Source of the DNA: an uncultured Verrucomicrobiae bacterium
Lineage (GTDB): Bacteria; Verrucomicrobiota; Verrucomicrobiia; Chthoniobacterales; Chthoniobacteraceae
Length of the DNA: 64,000 bases
Reading direction: 5' to 3'
NCBI GenBank assembly: GCA_963828525.1
Contig: CAWHEP010000003.1
Coordinates: 114,837 to 178,836, forward strand
The notes under the pieces: model-generated
Told to the model about the DNA's origin: nothing
The model's database searches: none
The model's input: the letters and a program-made list of their open reading frames with translations, nothing else
In this document: piece after piece, positions 1-10,120 of the stretch
How positions within the stretch are numbered: position 1 is the first letter of the stretch
How the letters are laid out: every line of letters begins with the position of its first letter
Program-made: the position numbers and the translations under genes

Positions 1-530
1 TCGCGCAATCGATCTTGCACGATCCTCCTGTGCTGATCCTGGATGAGCCGACCGATGGACTCGATCCCAATCAGAAATACGAAGTGCGGACGCTCATCCG
101 AAGAATGGGCGAAAAGAAGGCGATCATTTTTTCCACTCACATCCTGGAAGAGGTGGAAGCGGTCTGCTCTCGGGCAATCATCATTGATCGCGGGCAGATC
201 GTCGCAAATGGAACGCCTGCTGAGTTGAAGCGGCGCTCTGACACGGCCGGCGCGGTGACGATCCGCCTGGTGGAAGGCGATGCTGGCGGCGTGAGCCAGA
301 AGCTGAGCCGCATGGCTGGCGTCGACCGAGTGGTCATCCTGGATTCACCTTCGGTAACGGTTCGCGCCTTCCCCACATCAAGCGGTTCTGCAAACCTTGC
401 CATGGAAATAGGGGCGCTCGCTATGAAGGAAAATTGGAAAGTGGAGGAACTGCATACCGAGGAGGGGCGTCTTGACGAGGTGTTCCGAGGTATCACGCTC
501 CCAGAAACTGTTCGCAAGGAGGCGGCATGA
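1..530 (+). CDS. ABC transporter ATP-binding protein (GldA-like), 5' partial
   Basis: Walker B/D-loop LILDEPTDGLDP and H-loop FSTH; runs off the window start; stop overlaps the permease start. Confidence 0.9.
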   Translation, partial: AQSILHDPPVLILDEPTDGLDPNQKYEVRTLIRRMGEKKAIIFSTHILEEVEAVCSRAIIIDRGQIVANGTPAELKRRSDTAGAVTIRLVEGDAGGVSQKLSRMAGVDRVVILDSPSVTVRAFPTSSGSANLAMEIGALAMKENWKVEELHTEEGRLDEVFRGITLPETVRKEAA

Positions 531-1339
531 GCGAGACCACCACCACAGCAGCCTCGCAGATGACATCCGCGACCGAGGATGAAACCGTCGCCGGTCAGGG
601 ATCTCTCAAGAATATTTCGGCGATCGCGAAGCGGGAGATCACCGGATACTTTGCCTCTCCTGTGGCTTACGTGTTCATAGTAATCTTCCTGCTGCTCGCG
701 GGCTTCTTCACGTTCATGGTTTCCGGCTTCTTTGAGCGCGGCCAGGCAAATCTGGAACCGTTCTTTTGGTCGCATCCGTGGCTTTATCTCTTTCTTGTTC
801 CAGCAGTGGGGATGCGAATGTGGTCAGAGGAACGCCGCCTTGGGACGATGGAACTTCTCCTTACGATGCCGATTACGCCGTGGCAGGCGATCATCGGCAA
901 ATTTCTGGCGTCGTGGCTGGTGCTCGCGGTCGCGCTGGTCCTTACCTTCCCAATCATCCTGACCGTTAATTACCTCGGGACGCCCGATAACGGAGTGATC
1001 CTGGGCGGGTATATAGGCAGCCTCCTCCTGGCTGGAGCTTATTTATCCGTTTCCGCCATGACATCCGCGATGACGCGCAACCAAGTGGTGAGTTTCATCC
1101 TGTCGGTTGTCATCTGCCTGTTCCTGATCCTCGCGGGCTGGCCACCTGTTACAAACATGCTCGTGCATTGGGCGAGTCCGACGGTCGTGTCCGCAATCGC
1201 GGGCTTCAGCGTCATGACCCACTTCGAGAGCATCCAAAAGGGCGTGCTGGACTCCCGCGACATCCTCTTTTTCCTATCCGTCATCGCCTTTTGCCTGTTC
1301 GGCACAAGCGTAATCATCCGCGCTCACCGCGCGGGCTAG
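527..1339 (+). CDS. ABC-2 type permease (GldF-like)
   Basis: KREITGYFASPVAY and MRMWSEERRLGTMELLLTMP motifs; multiple TM segments. Confidence 0.9.
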   Translation: MSETTTTAASQMTSATEDETVAGQGSLKNISAIAKREITGYFASPVAYVFIVIFLLLAGFFTFMVSGFFERGQANLEPFFWSHPWLYLFLVPAVGMRMWSEERRLGTMELLLTMPITPWQAIIGKFLASWLVLAVALVLTFPIILTVNYLGTPDNGVILGGYIGSLLLAGAYLSVSAMTSAMTRNQVVSFILSVVICLFLILAGWPPVTNMLVHWASPTVVSAIAGFSVMTHFESIQKGVLDSRDILFFLSVIAFCLFGTSVIIRAHRAG

Positions 1340-1361
1340 CGGATACAATCACAACTTGGTC

Positions 1362-3251
1362 ATGAGAAAAAAACCCTTCGAGACTCTCGTCTACTCAGCC
1401 CTCGGCCTCGCGGCGATGTTCGTCATCCTGATCGCCGTGAATTTCATCGCGGCGCGCTTTAAGCAGCGGGTCGATCTGACCCAGGAAAAAGCCTATACCC
1501 TGTCGCATGGCACGAAGGCCATCCTCAAGAAGCTCGATACGCCCGTCCAGATCCGTCTCTATAGCAGCCGGGAAGAGGCCGGGATGCCGGTGTTCCTCAG
1601 AACGTATGCCCAACGCGTCGAGGACCTGCTTGGCGAGTATGTGCAAAATGGACATGGGCAGGTCACTCTGCAGAAGCTGGATCCGGAGCCTGATTCAGAC
1701 GCGGAAGATTCGGCGAAGCTGGACGGGGTGAACGGCCAACAACTGCCCGATGGTTCCAAGGTTTATCTGGGCTTGAGCATTAGCATGCTCGACAAAAAAC
1801 AAGCGATCTCCTTTCTCACGCCAGATCGGGAGCGGCTGCTGGAGTATGATGTCTCCCGCGCGCTATCGCAGGTTATAACACCCGAGAAACCTGTGGTCGG
1901 GGTGATGAGCGCTCTCCCGGTGATGGGTGGTCCCCCGAGCAACCCGATGATGATGGAAATGGGGCAGCAGCAGGCGCCCCAGCCCGCGTGGGCGTTCATC
2001 ACGGAACTCAAGAATGACTACGATGTGAAAAGCGTGGAGATGTCCGCGGATAAGATTCCTGAGGACATAAAGGTGCTGCTTCTCATCCATCCAAAAGGGA
2101 TTACTGACGCGGGCCAGTACGCGCTGGATCAGTTTATCCTACGCGGCGGGAAGCTTATAGCGTTCCTGGACCCACTCTGCGTGCTCGATAGGCAGAACCC
2201 AATGGGCGGAGAACCAAGTTCGTCCAACATCGACAAACTTCTGAAAGGATGGGGTGTGTCCTTGGATACCTCCAAGGTCGTCGCGGACATGAGTTATGTG
2301 GCCGAAACGCGGCAGGGCAAAGCCCCCACTGTGCTGGCGCTGACTCAAAATGCATTTAACAAGGACGACATCCTCACCGCGGATGCCGACGACGCGGTTA
2401 TGGCGTTCGCAGGCACATTCACCGGCACCCCGGTAAAGGGACTGAAGGAGGATATCCTCATAAGGTCATCGACTGAATCCCAACTCGTTGATCCCATGAC
2501 GGCGCAAATGTCAGCGGAAGGCATCTCCAATGACTTCCATGCCTCTGGCACGGGATACCCGCTGGCAATCCGGCTGACCGGAAAGTTCGCGACAGCGTTC
2601 CCCGGGGGAGCTCCGGCGGCTGAGGCCAAGCCGAGCGCTCCGCCTTCCCCCCCCGCGCCGGTAAAACCTGGGTTAAAGGAGTCGGCCCAGGAGAACACGG
2701 TACTTCTCTTTGGAGACGTAGATATGCTGGAGGACCAGGTGGCTGTGCGCGCCATGCAGAACCCGTTTGGGCAAGACATGGTGATGCCAGCCAACGGGAA
2801 TCTCGCGATCGCGGAGAACGCTGTGGATCAACTCACCGGTGACAGCAACCTGATCACGGTTCGCAGCCGCGCGTCCCGGGAGCGCCCTTTCACAGTGGTA
2901 AAGAAAATGCAGGAAGACGCGGAGGCAAATTACCGAGACAAGATCAAGGGACTGGAGGCCAGCCTTGCCGATACGCAAAACAAGATCAACGGCCTGCAGC
3001 AAGGGAAGGAAAGTCAGAACGGGCAGCAGTTCATCCTTTCTCCGGAGCAACAACAGGAGTTGGAAAAATTCCGGAAAACGGAGGCGAGCGCGAAGGTTGA
3101 ACTGAAAGGCGTTCGTAAAACTCTTCGGGCCGAAATCGACTCGCTGGAAACCCGGCTCGAGTGGCTGAACATCGCGGGGATGCCCGCGCTGGTTGCCGCC
3201 TCGGGCATCCTGCTTGCAACGATGAAGCGTAACCGTTCCTCGGCACAATGA
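1362..3251 (+). CDS. GldG-family ABC transporter auxiliary component
   Basis: N-terminal TM, RVDLTQEKAYTLS motif, LEYDVSRAL, C-terminal coiled coil and TM. Confidence 0.85.
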   Translation: MRKKPFETLVYSALGLAAMFVILIAVNFIAARFKQRVDLTQEKAYTLSHGTKAILKKLDTPVQIRLYSSREEAGMPVFLRTYAQRVEDLLGEYVQNGHGQVTLQKLDPEPDSDAEDSAKLDGVNGQQLPDGSKVYLGLSISMLDKKQAISFLTPDRERLLEYDVSRALSQVITPEKPVVGVMSALPVMGGPPSNPMMMEMGQQQAPQPAWAFITELKNDYDVKSVEMSADKIPEDIKVLLLIHPKGITDAGQYALDQFILRGGKLIAFLDPLCVLDRQNPMGGEPSSSNIDKLLKGWGVSLDTSKVVADMSYVAETRQGKAPTVLALTQNAFNKDDILTADADDAVMAFAGTFTGTPVKGLKEDILIRSSTESQLVDPMTAQMSAEGISNDFHASGTGYPLAIRLTGKFATAFPGGAPAAEAKPSAPPSPPAPVKPGLKESAQENTVLLFGDVDMLEDQVAVRAMQNPFGQDMVMPANGNLAIAENAVDQLTGDSNLITVRSRASRERPFTVVKKMQEDAEANYRDKIKGLEASLADTQNKINGLQQGKESQNGQQFILSPEQQQELEKFRKTEASAKVELKGVRKTLRAEIDSLETRLEWLNIAGMPALVAASGILLATMKRNRSSAQ

Positions 3252-4571
3252 ACGCGAAACAACTTTTTTTGCTCCTGTTGCTTGTGCTGGTGCTCGGCGG
3301 CGCTGGTCTGATGCTGCGCAAAAACAGCTCCGAGTCCTGGCAAAGCTCTGCTGAGAATACGGAACGAGTTGTCTCCTTTCCACTCAATGACGCGCTGCAT
3401 ATCACCATAAAGGACAGCACAGGCGCCGCGGATATTCTGAAGAAGAATGACGTCTGGACGGTGCAACAAAGGGAATACCCCGCAAGTTTTGAACAGGTAA
3501 GCGCGTTGTTGCGGAAAACATGGGAGCTGAAGCCGGTGCAGGACGTGAAGGTGGGCGCCTCCCAGCTGGGGCGGCTTGATCTTCTTCAATCCGGCCCCGG
3601 ACAGGGCACATTAGTGGATCTCCGGGGCGACGGTGGAAAATCCGTCGCCAGCTTGTTGCTTGGCAAGAAGTTGATGAAGAAAATGGAGGGTGGATACGAG
3701 GGAGGAGGCGATTACCCAGCAGGCCGCTATGTGATGAACAATGACGGTTCGAACCATGTGTGGCTCGTGTCGGAAACGCTGGAAGAAGCCTCCGCCGACC
3801 CGGCAAAGTGGCTGGACAAGACTTTCATCCAGGTAAATAGCCCGCGCGCGCTGGCGCTGAGCGGCACCAGCGCAGCCTTCCAATGGAAGCTGTCCCGGGA
3901 CTCCGATGGGGCGAACTGGCAGCTAGCCGATACAGTGAAAGCCGGAGAGTCAGCGGATACCACGAAGACAGGTTCCCTCTCCTACGCGCTGAGCGCCCCC
4001 GTTTTTGTGGATGTGCTGCCGGCGAGCGCAAAGCCTGAAGCTTCGGGACTGGACAAGCCCTCCACCCTCTCAGCAGAAACGTTTGACGGCTTTACCTATA
4101 CGCTGAAAGTGGGCGCCGCCTCGTCCGACCGGTATCCGGTAACGGTCGGAGTCACCGGGGCATTCGCGCTAAAGCGAGCCGCAGTCAAAGGTGAGAAGGC
4201 GGAGGACAAAACGAAAGCCGACAAGGATTTCGAGACGAAGCTGAAAGGCTTTCAGGACAAGCTGGCGAAGGAGAAAAAACTTGAGGGGCGCATCTACCTG
4301 GTTGAGAAGTCGGTGCTGGACCCGCTGTTAAAGGCGCGTGACGAATTCCTGAACAAGCCTTCCCCCACGCCCAGTCCCTCACCTTCTCCCGTCGCGGCGC
4401 CAGCCTTGAGTGGAAGCTCGGCGAACATACCCCCCGCGGTCTCGCCCGCGCCAGCGAGCGCTCCCGCCCCGGTTGTCCCACCGCCGCCACAGCCATCGCC
4501 CGCGCCGACCGCCAGGGGCTCCTATCGCAGCGCCGACAGCTTCAGCGGCAAAGCCTGCCGGAACGCCCTAG
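3248..4571 (+). CDS. DUF4340-like exported protein with Pro-rich tail (1-nt frameshift near 4510)
   Basis: N-terminal TM; fourth gene of a GldA/F/G-type operon; the Pro/Ala tail continues in an alternate frame as PGAPIAAPTASAAKPAGTP* ending TAG 4569-4571. Confidence 0.7.
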
Positions 4572-4663
4572 CTCATCGTCGTTTCGCGCTTCCCACGTCT
4601 TTGCGATGGGGCCTCGCCACGGCTCCCTTGAAGAACGCCGTCTCAGCCGATACCTTCACCATT

Positions 4664-5725
4664 GTGGCTGACCGAATAAAAATCGCGTTTCTCGAGACGG
4701 AAACCAGCGAGCGAAGCGTTTTTGAGGAGGCGCTCGCCCAGCATGATCTCCGCTTCGAGTACGCTTTGAAGGAAGTCTCCCCCGAGGCGCGCATCGTTTC
4801 GGGGTTCCTCAACTCGGAAATCGACGAAGAGTTCCTGCGAAGCCATCCCGCCGTCAAAATGATTGCGGCTCGCTCGACGAGCTGCGATCACATCGACCTC
4901 GCCGCTTGCCAAAAGCGGAACGTTGTCGTTTGCAACGTGCCGAGCTACGGCAACCATACCGTCGCGGAACACACATTCGCCCTCATTCTCGCGGCCTCGC
5001 GCCGCCTCCGTGAAGCGATGGAAAGCCACAAGCGCCGCAAATTTTCCTACGAAGACATGCGCGGGTTTGAGCTTCGCGGGAAGACCTTGGGCGTAATCGG
5101 CGCTGGACGCATCGGGCAGAATACCATGCGATTTGGAAAGGCCTTCGGCATGAATCCCATCGCCTTCGACCTGGAACAGAATGCCGACGCGGCAAAAACC
5201 GTGGGCTTCCGATATGTGGCGTTGGATGAACTTCTGGCTCAATCCCATGTCATATCGCTGCACACGGCGCTGACTCCGCAGACCTTCCACATGATGGACA
5301 GCGCCGCGTTCGCGAAATGCCGGAGAGGTGTCGTTATCGTGAATACCGGTCGCGGCGCTTTGATCGATACGGACGCGCTGGTGCTGGCGTTGGATGAAGG
5401 GATTGTGGCGGGCGCGGCGCTGGATGTCCTGGAGGAAGAACTCGTCATGCGAAAGGACGCGTCGCACATCATCAGCGACCAGATTGTGGATCACATCCAC
5501 GCCGCGGCGGGAGAATTGCGGGCGCAAGACCCGTCACGGATCACCCAGTTGCGGGCGCTGATTCGCAACCAAAGCCTGCTGGAGCGGCCCAACGTCTTTT
5601 TTACTCCACACGTCGCTTTCAACACGGTGGAGACCATTCGCCAGATCAGCCGCGCCACGGTGGATAATATCAACGCTTTTTTAACCGGCCATCCTGTCAA
5701 TCTGGTCCCCGCCGCTGTGCTCTAA
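4664..5725 (+). CDS. D-isomer specific 2-hydroxyacid dehydrogenase (D-lactate dehydrogenase-like)
   Basis: NVPSYG..VAEH, Rossmann GVIGAGRIG, VNTGRG, ALDVLEEE, TPHVAF; GTG start inferred. Confidence 0.85.
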   Translation: MADRIKIAFLETETSERSVFEEALAQHDLRFEYALKEVSPEARIVSGFLNSEIDEEFLRSHPAVKMIAARSTSCDHIDLAACQKRNVVVCNVPSYGNHTVAEHTFALILAASRRLREAMESHKRRKFSYEDMRGFELRGKTLGVIGAGRIGQNTMRFGKAFGMNPIAFDLEQNADAAKTVGFRYVALDELLAQSHVISLHTALTPQTFHMMDSAAFAKCRRGVVIVNTGRGALIDTDALVLALDEGIVAGAALDVLEEELVMRKDASHIISDQIVDHIHAAAGELRAQDPSRITQLRALIRNQSLLERPNVFFTPHVAFNTVETIRQISRATVDNINAFLTGHPVNLVPAAVL

Positions 5726-5752
5726 CTCATTGCCCTCCTACGGACCTTCTTC

Positions 5753-6025
5753 GTGAATCGCTCCCAACTCCTCGATCACTATTTCATCGACGCCCGCGCC
5801 AGGCTAATCGATCTCGGCGCGTTTATGGACCGGGTTCAGCGGGCTGACGGCGCGGAGGATTTTCGCATGGAGGCCTTTCGCCATGCCTGCGAGATTCTCC
5901 TTTCCGCCGAGCCGGAAAAAGCCGCGCGCATTCTTCGCGCTTTCAGTGATCTCTCCGTGGCGCCGGTCGCGAGCGCGGGAAAACCAGCCTGCGGCGCCGC
6001 GCGGGTAAAAGAGCAGACGCCTTAA
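5753..6025 (+). CDS. small conserved-looking hypothetical protein
   Basis: 90-aa helical ORF ([18 protein letters not shown]) directly upstream of the TatD-like gene. Confidence 0.7.
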   Translation: MNRSQLLDHYFIDARARLIDLGAFMDRVQRADGAEDFRMEAFRHACEILLSAEPEKAARILRAFSDLSVAPVASAGKPACGAARVKEQTP

Positions 6026-6039
6026 AGAGCTTTCCGGTC

Positions 6040-6863
6040 ATGCGCTACATCGAACCGCACGCGCACATGGTCAGCCGTGTCACGGATGATTATGTCGCGA
6101 TGGCGATGGCCGGATGCCAGGCAATCTGTGAACCTGCTTTCTGGGCCGGTTTTGACCGGGGCAGCGCCCACGGTTTCCGCGACTACTTTCGGCAACTGAC
6201 CGAATACGAGCCGCGCCGCGCGGCAAAGTTCGGTCTGCCGCACTATTGCTGGCTTTGCATCAATCCCAAGGAGTCCGAAGACCTGGGCCTTGCAAATGAA
6301 GTTCTCGCCATCATTCCCGAGTTCCTGCAGGCGCCGAATGTGCTTGGCATTGGCGAGATTGGCCTGAACAAGAACACGCGCAACGAGATGGCCATCCTGG
6401 AAAAGCACGTCGATCTAGCCGCCGAACATGACCAATTGATTCTGGTTCACACACCTCACCTGGAAGACAAGTTGAAGGGCACAAGACTGATCCTGGACCT
6501 GTTGAAAGCCGACCGGAGGATAAATCCCGGGCGTGTCATCATCGACCACGCGGAGGAACACACGATCCCCCTCATTCTGGATGCCGGCTTCTGGGCCGGT
6601 CTTACCCTTACCCGGAATCGAAATGCACCCCCGCCCGGGCGGTGGATATCGTGGAGACCCACGGCTCGGAAAGGGTATGGCTAAACTGCGCCTGCGACTG
6701 GGGTAACAGCGATCCCCTCGCCGTCCCCAAAGCTGCAATCGAGATGAGAAGAAGAGGGCATTCGGAGGAGCAGATAGATCGACTCCTGTTTGAAAATCCA
6801 CATCGTTTTCTCTCCCAGTGTCCGAAGTTTCAAGTCGCCGGTGCGAGTCAAACTCAGGAATAA
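6040..6863 (+). CDS. TatD-family (amidohydrolase fold) metallohydrolase, frameshift near 6609
   Basis: HAH, IGEIGL, VHTPH, IIDH, ACDWG motifs; one missing T restores [11 protein letters not shown] and joins ORFs 6040..6684 and 6642..6863. Confidence 0.85.
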
Positions 6864-6938
6864 GGGCCAAGCCACGTCAACTCATTCAAAGACACCATTA
6901 ATGTCAACTGTTGAGATACGACCCCGAAACTCTTACCC

Positions 6939-7240
6939 AAGGCGGTGCTGGTGGAGGGCAGCGGCTGCTACTACGAGAGCCTGCTGGACTACGTCCATCT
7001 TAACCCTGTGCGAGCGGGCATCATCAAGCCCGGAAAGGAGCAGAGCGTGATGGACTATCCCTGGAGCAGCGTGGCAGGGGGAGAATACATCAGTGGATCT
7101 GAACTGGATTTCCGAACGTTTAGCGATGAGCAGCGCAGCAAACGCGAGCCAGCAGATTCGCAGGAGCAGGTCGCGCGAACCGAGACTGCCCAAAGCCCTT
7201 CACCAATGGATAGAGCTGTTGAGAAATGCAGCCTGACCCC
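6939..7240 (+). mobile_element. REP-associated tyrosine transposase (RAYT/IS200-like) remnant with internal deletion
   Basis: KAVLVE..LLDYVHLNPVRAG..DYPWSS (catalytic Tyr region) joined out of frame to a C-terminal WISERLAMSSAANASQQIRR...LRNAA*; ends in TGACCCC; no HUH N-terminus. Confidence 0.75.
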
Positions 7241-7276
7241 CAGAAAACATTCCCTTGCGGAAAGCCTGCAAGGAAA

Positions 7277-7547
7277 GACTCTCCGGCTTAATCCATCGTA
7301 GGTGAATTCAGAGCGCAAGTTTCCGGGTTCGTTGACGGCGGTGAGCCGGTTCGCGGCATCCCACTCGTAAGTCTGGGTTCCGTCGTTTAGCAGGTTGCCG
7401 TCGGGGTCGTAGGTGAGGGTCTGGTTTGTTCCGCTCGTCGCAACAACCTGCCATGTGTGTGTGGTCGTGTTACCGGCGGCGTCTTTGGCACTGATCTGGA
7501 TATTGTTCGTGCCGGTGGTGGCCGTGGTAACTGAGGTTGCAGTGACT
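7277..7547 (-). pseudogene. Rhs core fragment (module 5), no toxin tip
   Basis: TATTGTNNIQISAKDAAGN...EFTYDGLSRRV, near-identical to the other modules; stops abruptly at 7277. Confidence 0.85.
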
Positions 7548-7870
7548 CTGCCCCCCAGGAGATTGGGCACGGGATTTAACCCGGATGCTAACTCGGCTGG
7601 GTCCCCCACTCGGCTCAGCCAAGGCGGCGCGCTCCCGTTCAGATGCTCGCGAGTCGAGTTGCAATGCACAGTGATATTTCTGCCAGAACACGGACAGAAT
7701 GGCAAATTCCATCGGATAGCATAACCGCGCTTCGCACCTCCCGCGGGGCTTTGCAGGCAGCTATTGTGTCCCTGCCGGTCGGCGTAGAGCATCCAGCGAC
7801 CTTGATCGACCGAACGCAAACCCACTCGCATATCAAGAAGCAAACGCCGACCCCTCTGAGCTTCCCGAGA
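7548..7870. repeat. Rhs inter-module linker element, copy A
   Basis: Shares GGATTYAAnCCGGATG, AATGCACAG, TTCTGCCAGAACAC, GGCAAATTCCA and ATATCAAG..CAAACGC blocks with copy B and partly with copy C. Confidence 0.75.
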
Positions 7871-7928
7871 CGCGAGCGTAACGCAGCAACACGATAGCTG
7901 AAACTGCGCCGCGGTGTTACTGCGGAGA

Positions 7929-8420
7929 TCACGGGGTTCCGTATCCAAACTGGAGACTTTCAAGCCAAGGCACAACCGCGAACAATAGGCCTGTTGTCAT
8001 GGCTACACAAAGCTGACATCGTGTAAACGGCTGTCCTAACCAAGAATAACTTAAAACCACCGTTGTATAAATAACGCTTGCCGCGCAGGTCCATATTCCG
8101 ACGGTTCCAATGCGAAGGTCATGAGCGGCCATCAACAAAGCAATACTCTCGACACCCATGAATAGGGCTCCACTCGCGAAAATCGCATACAGCGCACGAG
8201 ACATTCCTTTTTTGTGATAAATACCCCACAGCGAAGCTAACCCTATAGAACAAAACACCGCTTCTCTGATAAATTCAACATAATCGGAAAGATTAATTGC
8301 AGCGTACGCACGCTCTTCCTGAATTGACATGATACTCATTGCCATCAAACAAGCTATGAAGATAGCCTGGAAAAGAAGCAGCGTGCTCAGGAGCCACGTC
8401 TTATTACTGGGCGACCCCAT
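7929..8420 (-). CDS. candidate Rhs immunity protein (about 4 TM) for module 4
   Basis: Start overlaps the toxin stop; AT-richer; strongly hydrophobic segments. Confidence 0.7.
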   Translation of the reverse strand: MGSPSNKTWLLSTLLLFQAIFIACLMAMSIMSIQEERAYAAINLSDYVEFIREAVFCSIGLASLWGIYHKKGMSRALYAIFASGALFMGVESIALLMAAHDLRIGTVGIWTCAASVIYTTVVLSYSWLGQPFTRCQLCVAMTTGLLFAVVPWLESLQFGYGTP

Positions 8421-9560
8421 TTATATAAGTAGTCGTTGTGCTATAAAAGGGAATCGGAACCGTGACGTCGGTAAAAGGGAGATGCCTCAGATTCTGATTC
8501 TGCCCTGTGACCGGAACGGTAGGTAAGGCTTTGCTTACAGCTTTCGCGATGTTGTCGGGATCTGTGGGAAGTCCAGAATTACATCCATGTAAGGTTATTG
8601 TCGCATTCGTTGATAACTTGTTGTGCAACAAATCCGACAGCGTCGGATCAGCCTTATTTGACAAGGGGTCAAATAAATATGGCTGTCCGTTAGCGTTAAG
8701 CAATATAGAACCCTGTGAGGCGGAAGTGCCTAGATCCTGGGTATCCCCTCCGCCAGCCGCGTCCGGGCTGGAATGACCATCAACCGTTATGTTAGCTATA
8801 GTGTTGTTTCCAGCGGCGCTGACAACGTTGGTAAACTCCGAAGCATTACTGGCGCTTTGCGTGCTGCCATCCGTGAACGTGAAATGAGCATCTAAGCCTA
8901 GTGGATCGATTAAGTTCGCAGGGTCATTCATTACGTAACCATAAAGATTGATCCCACCTCGCTCCCCGAGTGGATCGCGGCTGATCCACCTTCTTAGGTC
9001 AGCGTTATAGCCGCGGTATAATGTCAGGGCCAAGCCGCTCGGGGCGTGCCAGTAGTCGCCAGTGAACCCGAAGTCCGCAGCCATGCTTCCACTGAGCTTT
9101 ATGCGCCTACCGTATGGGTCGTAACTGTACCGCGCTTGGATTACGCCTGAACTGTCCGTCAGTTCGCGGACTGACCCGAGATGATCCCGAGTATAAAAGT
9201 AGTTTGACCCGGAAATCTGCATTCCCTGCGGATAATAGCGCCTCGTGACGCTATTGGAGGCGTCGCGTTCCTCGCAGATTTCCGTGCCGCACCAGAGCAG
9301 GTTCTTCGTGCTGGTGACAGCGCCGTTGCTTTTCTCAACAATCTTGACATCCCACTCGTAAGTCTGCGTTCCGTCGTTTAGCAGGTTGCCGTCGGGATCA
9401 TAGGTGAGGGTCTGGTTTGTTCCGCTCGTGGCAACGACCTGCCATGTGTGTGTGGTCGAGTTACCAGCAGCATCCTTGGCGGTGATCTGGATGTTATTCG
9501 TGCCTGTGGTGGCCGTGACTGTTCCCACAAAACTGGTTCCCGTCACTACGGCGGCTTCAG
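8404..9560 (-). CDS. orphan Rhs module 4: core + caspase-like/DUF4347-like C-terminal domain; 78-nt in-frame core deletion
   Basis: RDHLGSVRE, RWISRDPLG, DPANLIDPLG cleavage motif; tip with ITVDGH and ITLHGCNSG; no convincing own start. Confidence 0.8.
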
Positions 9561-9596
9561 TGCGCACCCGGCGTTGGGAGACCTGTGGACACCAGC

Positions 9597-10100
9597 TCAT
9601 ACAGCACTTTGGGCAAACGCCCGCTGAAGTTCTTGTGGAAACTCGAAATGCGCCAGCCATGATGCGGCGTCACGCCTCGCGGCCCTCTCCAAAGCACCCC
9701 ATTCGACGCCCACAGGCTGCGTGCCCGCAGACCGTATCATTCTGTTGATAAAAGCGGCGTAAACAATATAACTCGCAATTCCTTGAACATCCCACTCCAT
9801 GAAATTCTTGCCGATGCCCAATATTCCGAAGGCTGGCAGCCACGCTCCATTGCCAGGCAGATCGATCAGCCATGTCACCCGAGGCATGCCGAAGAACTGC
9901 GCCAGCGAAGCGTCTCTATGGGAGACAAGCAAGTGCGCGTCATGACACATCGCGACAAAGCGGTTATTCCCCATTACCAGAAATCCCTCCATGCGCACGC
10001 GCTGATATCTAAAGATGATGCTTAATACAAGATAGAGACCCCTCATGAGTTGTGAGGCCAGCGTCGAAGCTCCCTGAATCAATACAACGCGCAGCGGCAT
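9597..10100 (-). CDS. possible immunity protein for module 3 (boundaries uncertain)
   Basis: Position directly after the module 3 stop; partly hydrophobic; may contain errors or be degenerate. Confidence 0.35.
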   Translation of the reverse strand: MPLRVVLIQGASTLASQLMRGLYLVLSIIFRYQRVRMEGFLVMGNNRFVAMCHDAHLLVSHRDASLAQFFGMPRVTWLIDLPGNGAWLPAFGILGIGKNFMEWDVQGIASYIVYAAFINRMIRSAGTQPVGVEWGALERAARRDAASWLAHFEFPQELQRAFAQSAV

Positions 10101-10120
10101 GGTGCGAGGTTAAGGAGGGA

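Noticed and set aside
3248..5725. 825-aa DUF4340-dehydrogenase fusion in the ORF track
   Set aside because: The Pro/Ala tail continues naturally in another frame to TAG 4571, and the intervening translation is not protein-like; one indel explains it.
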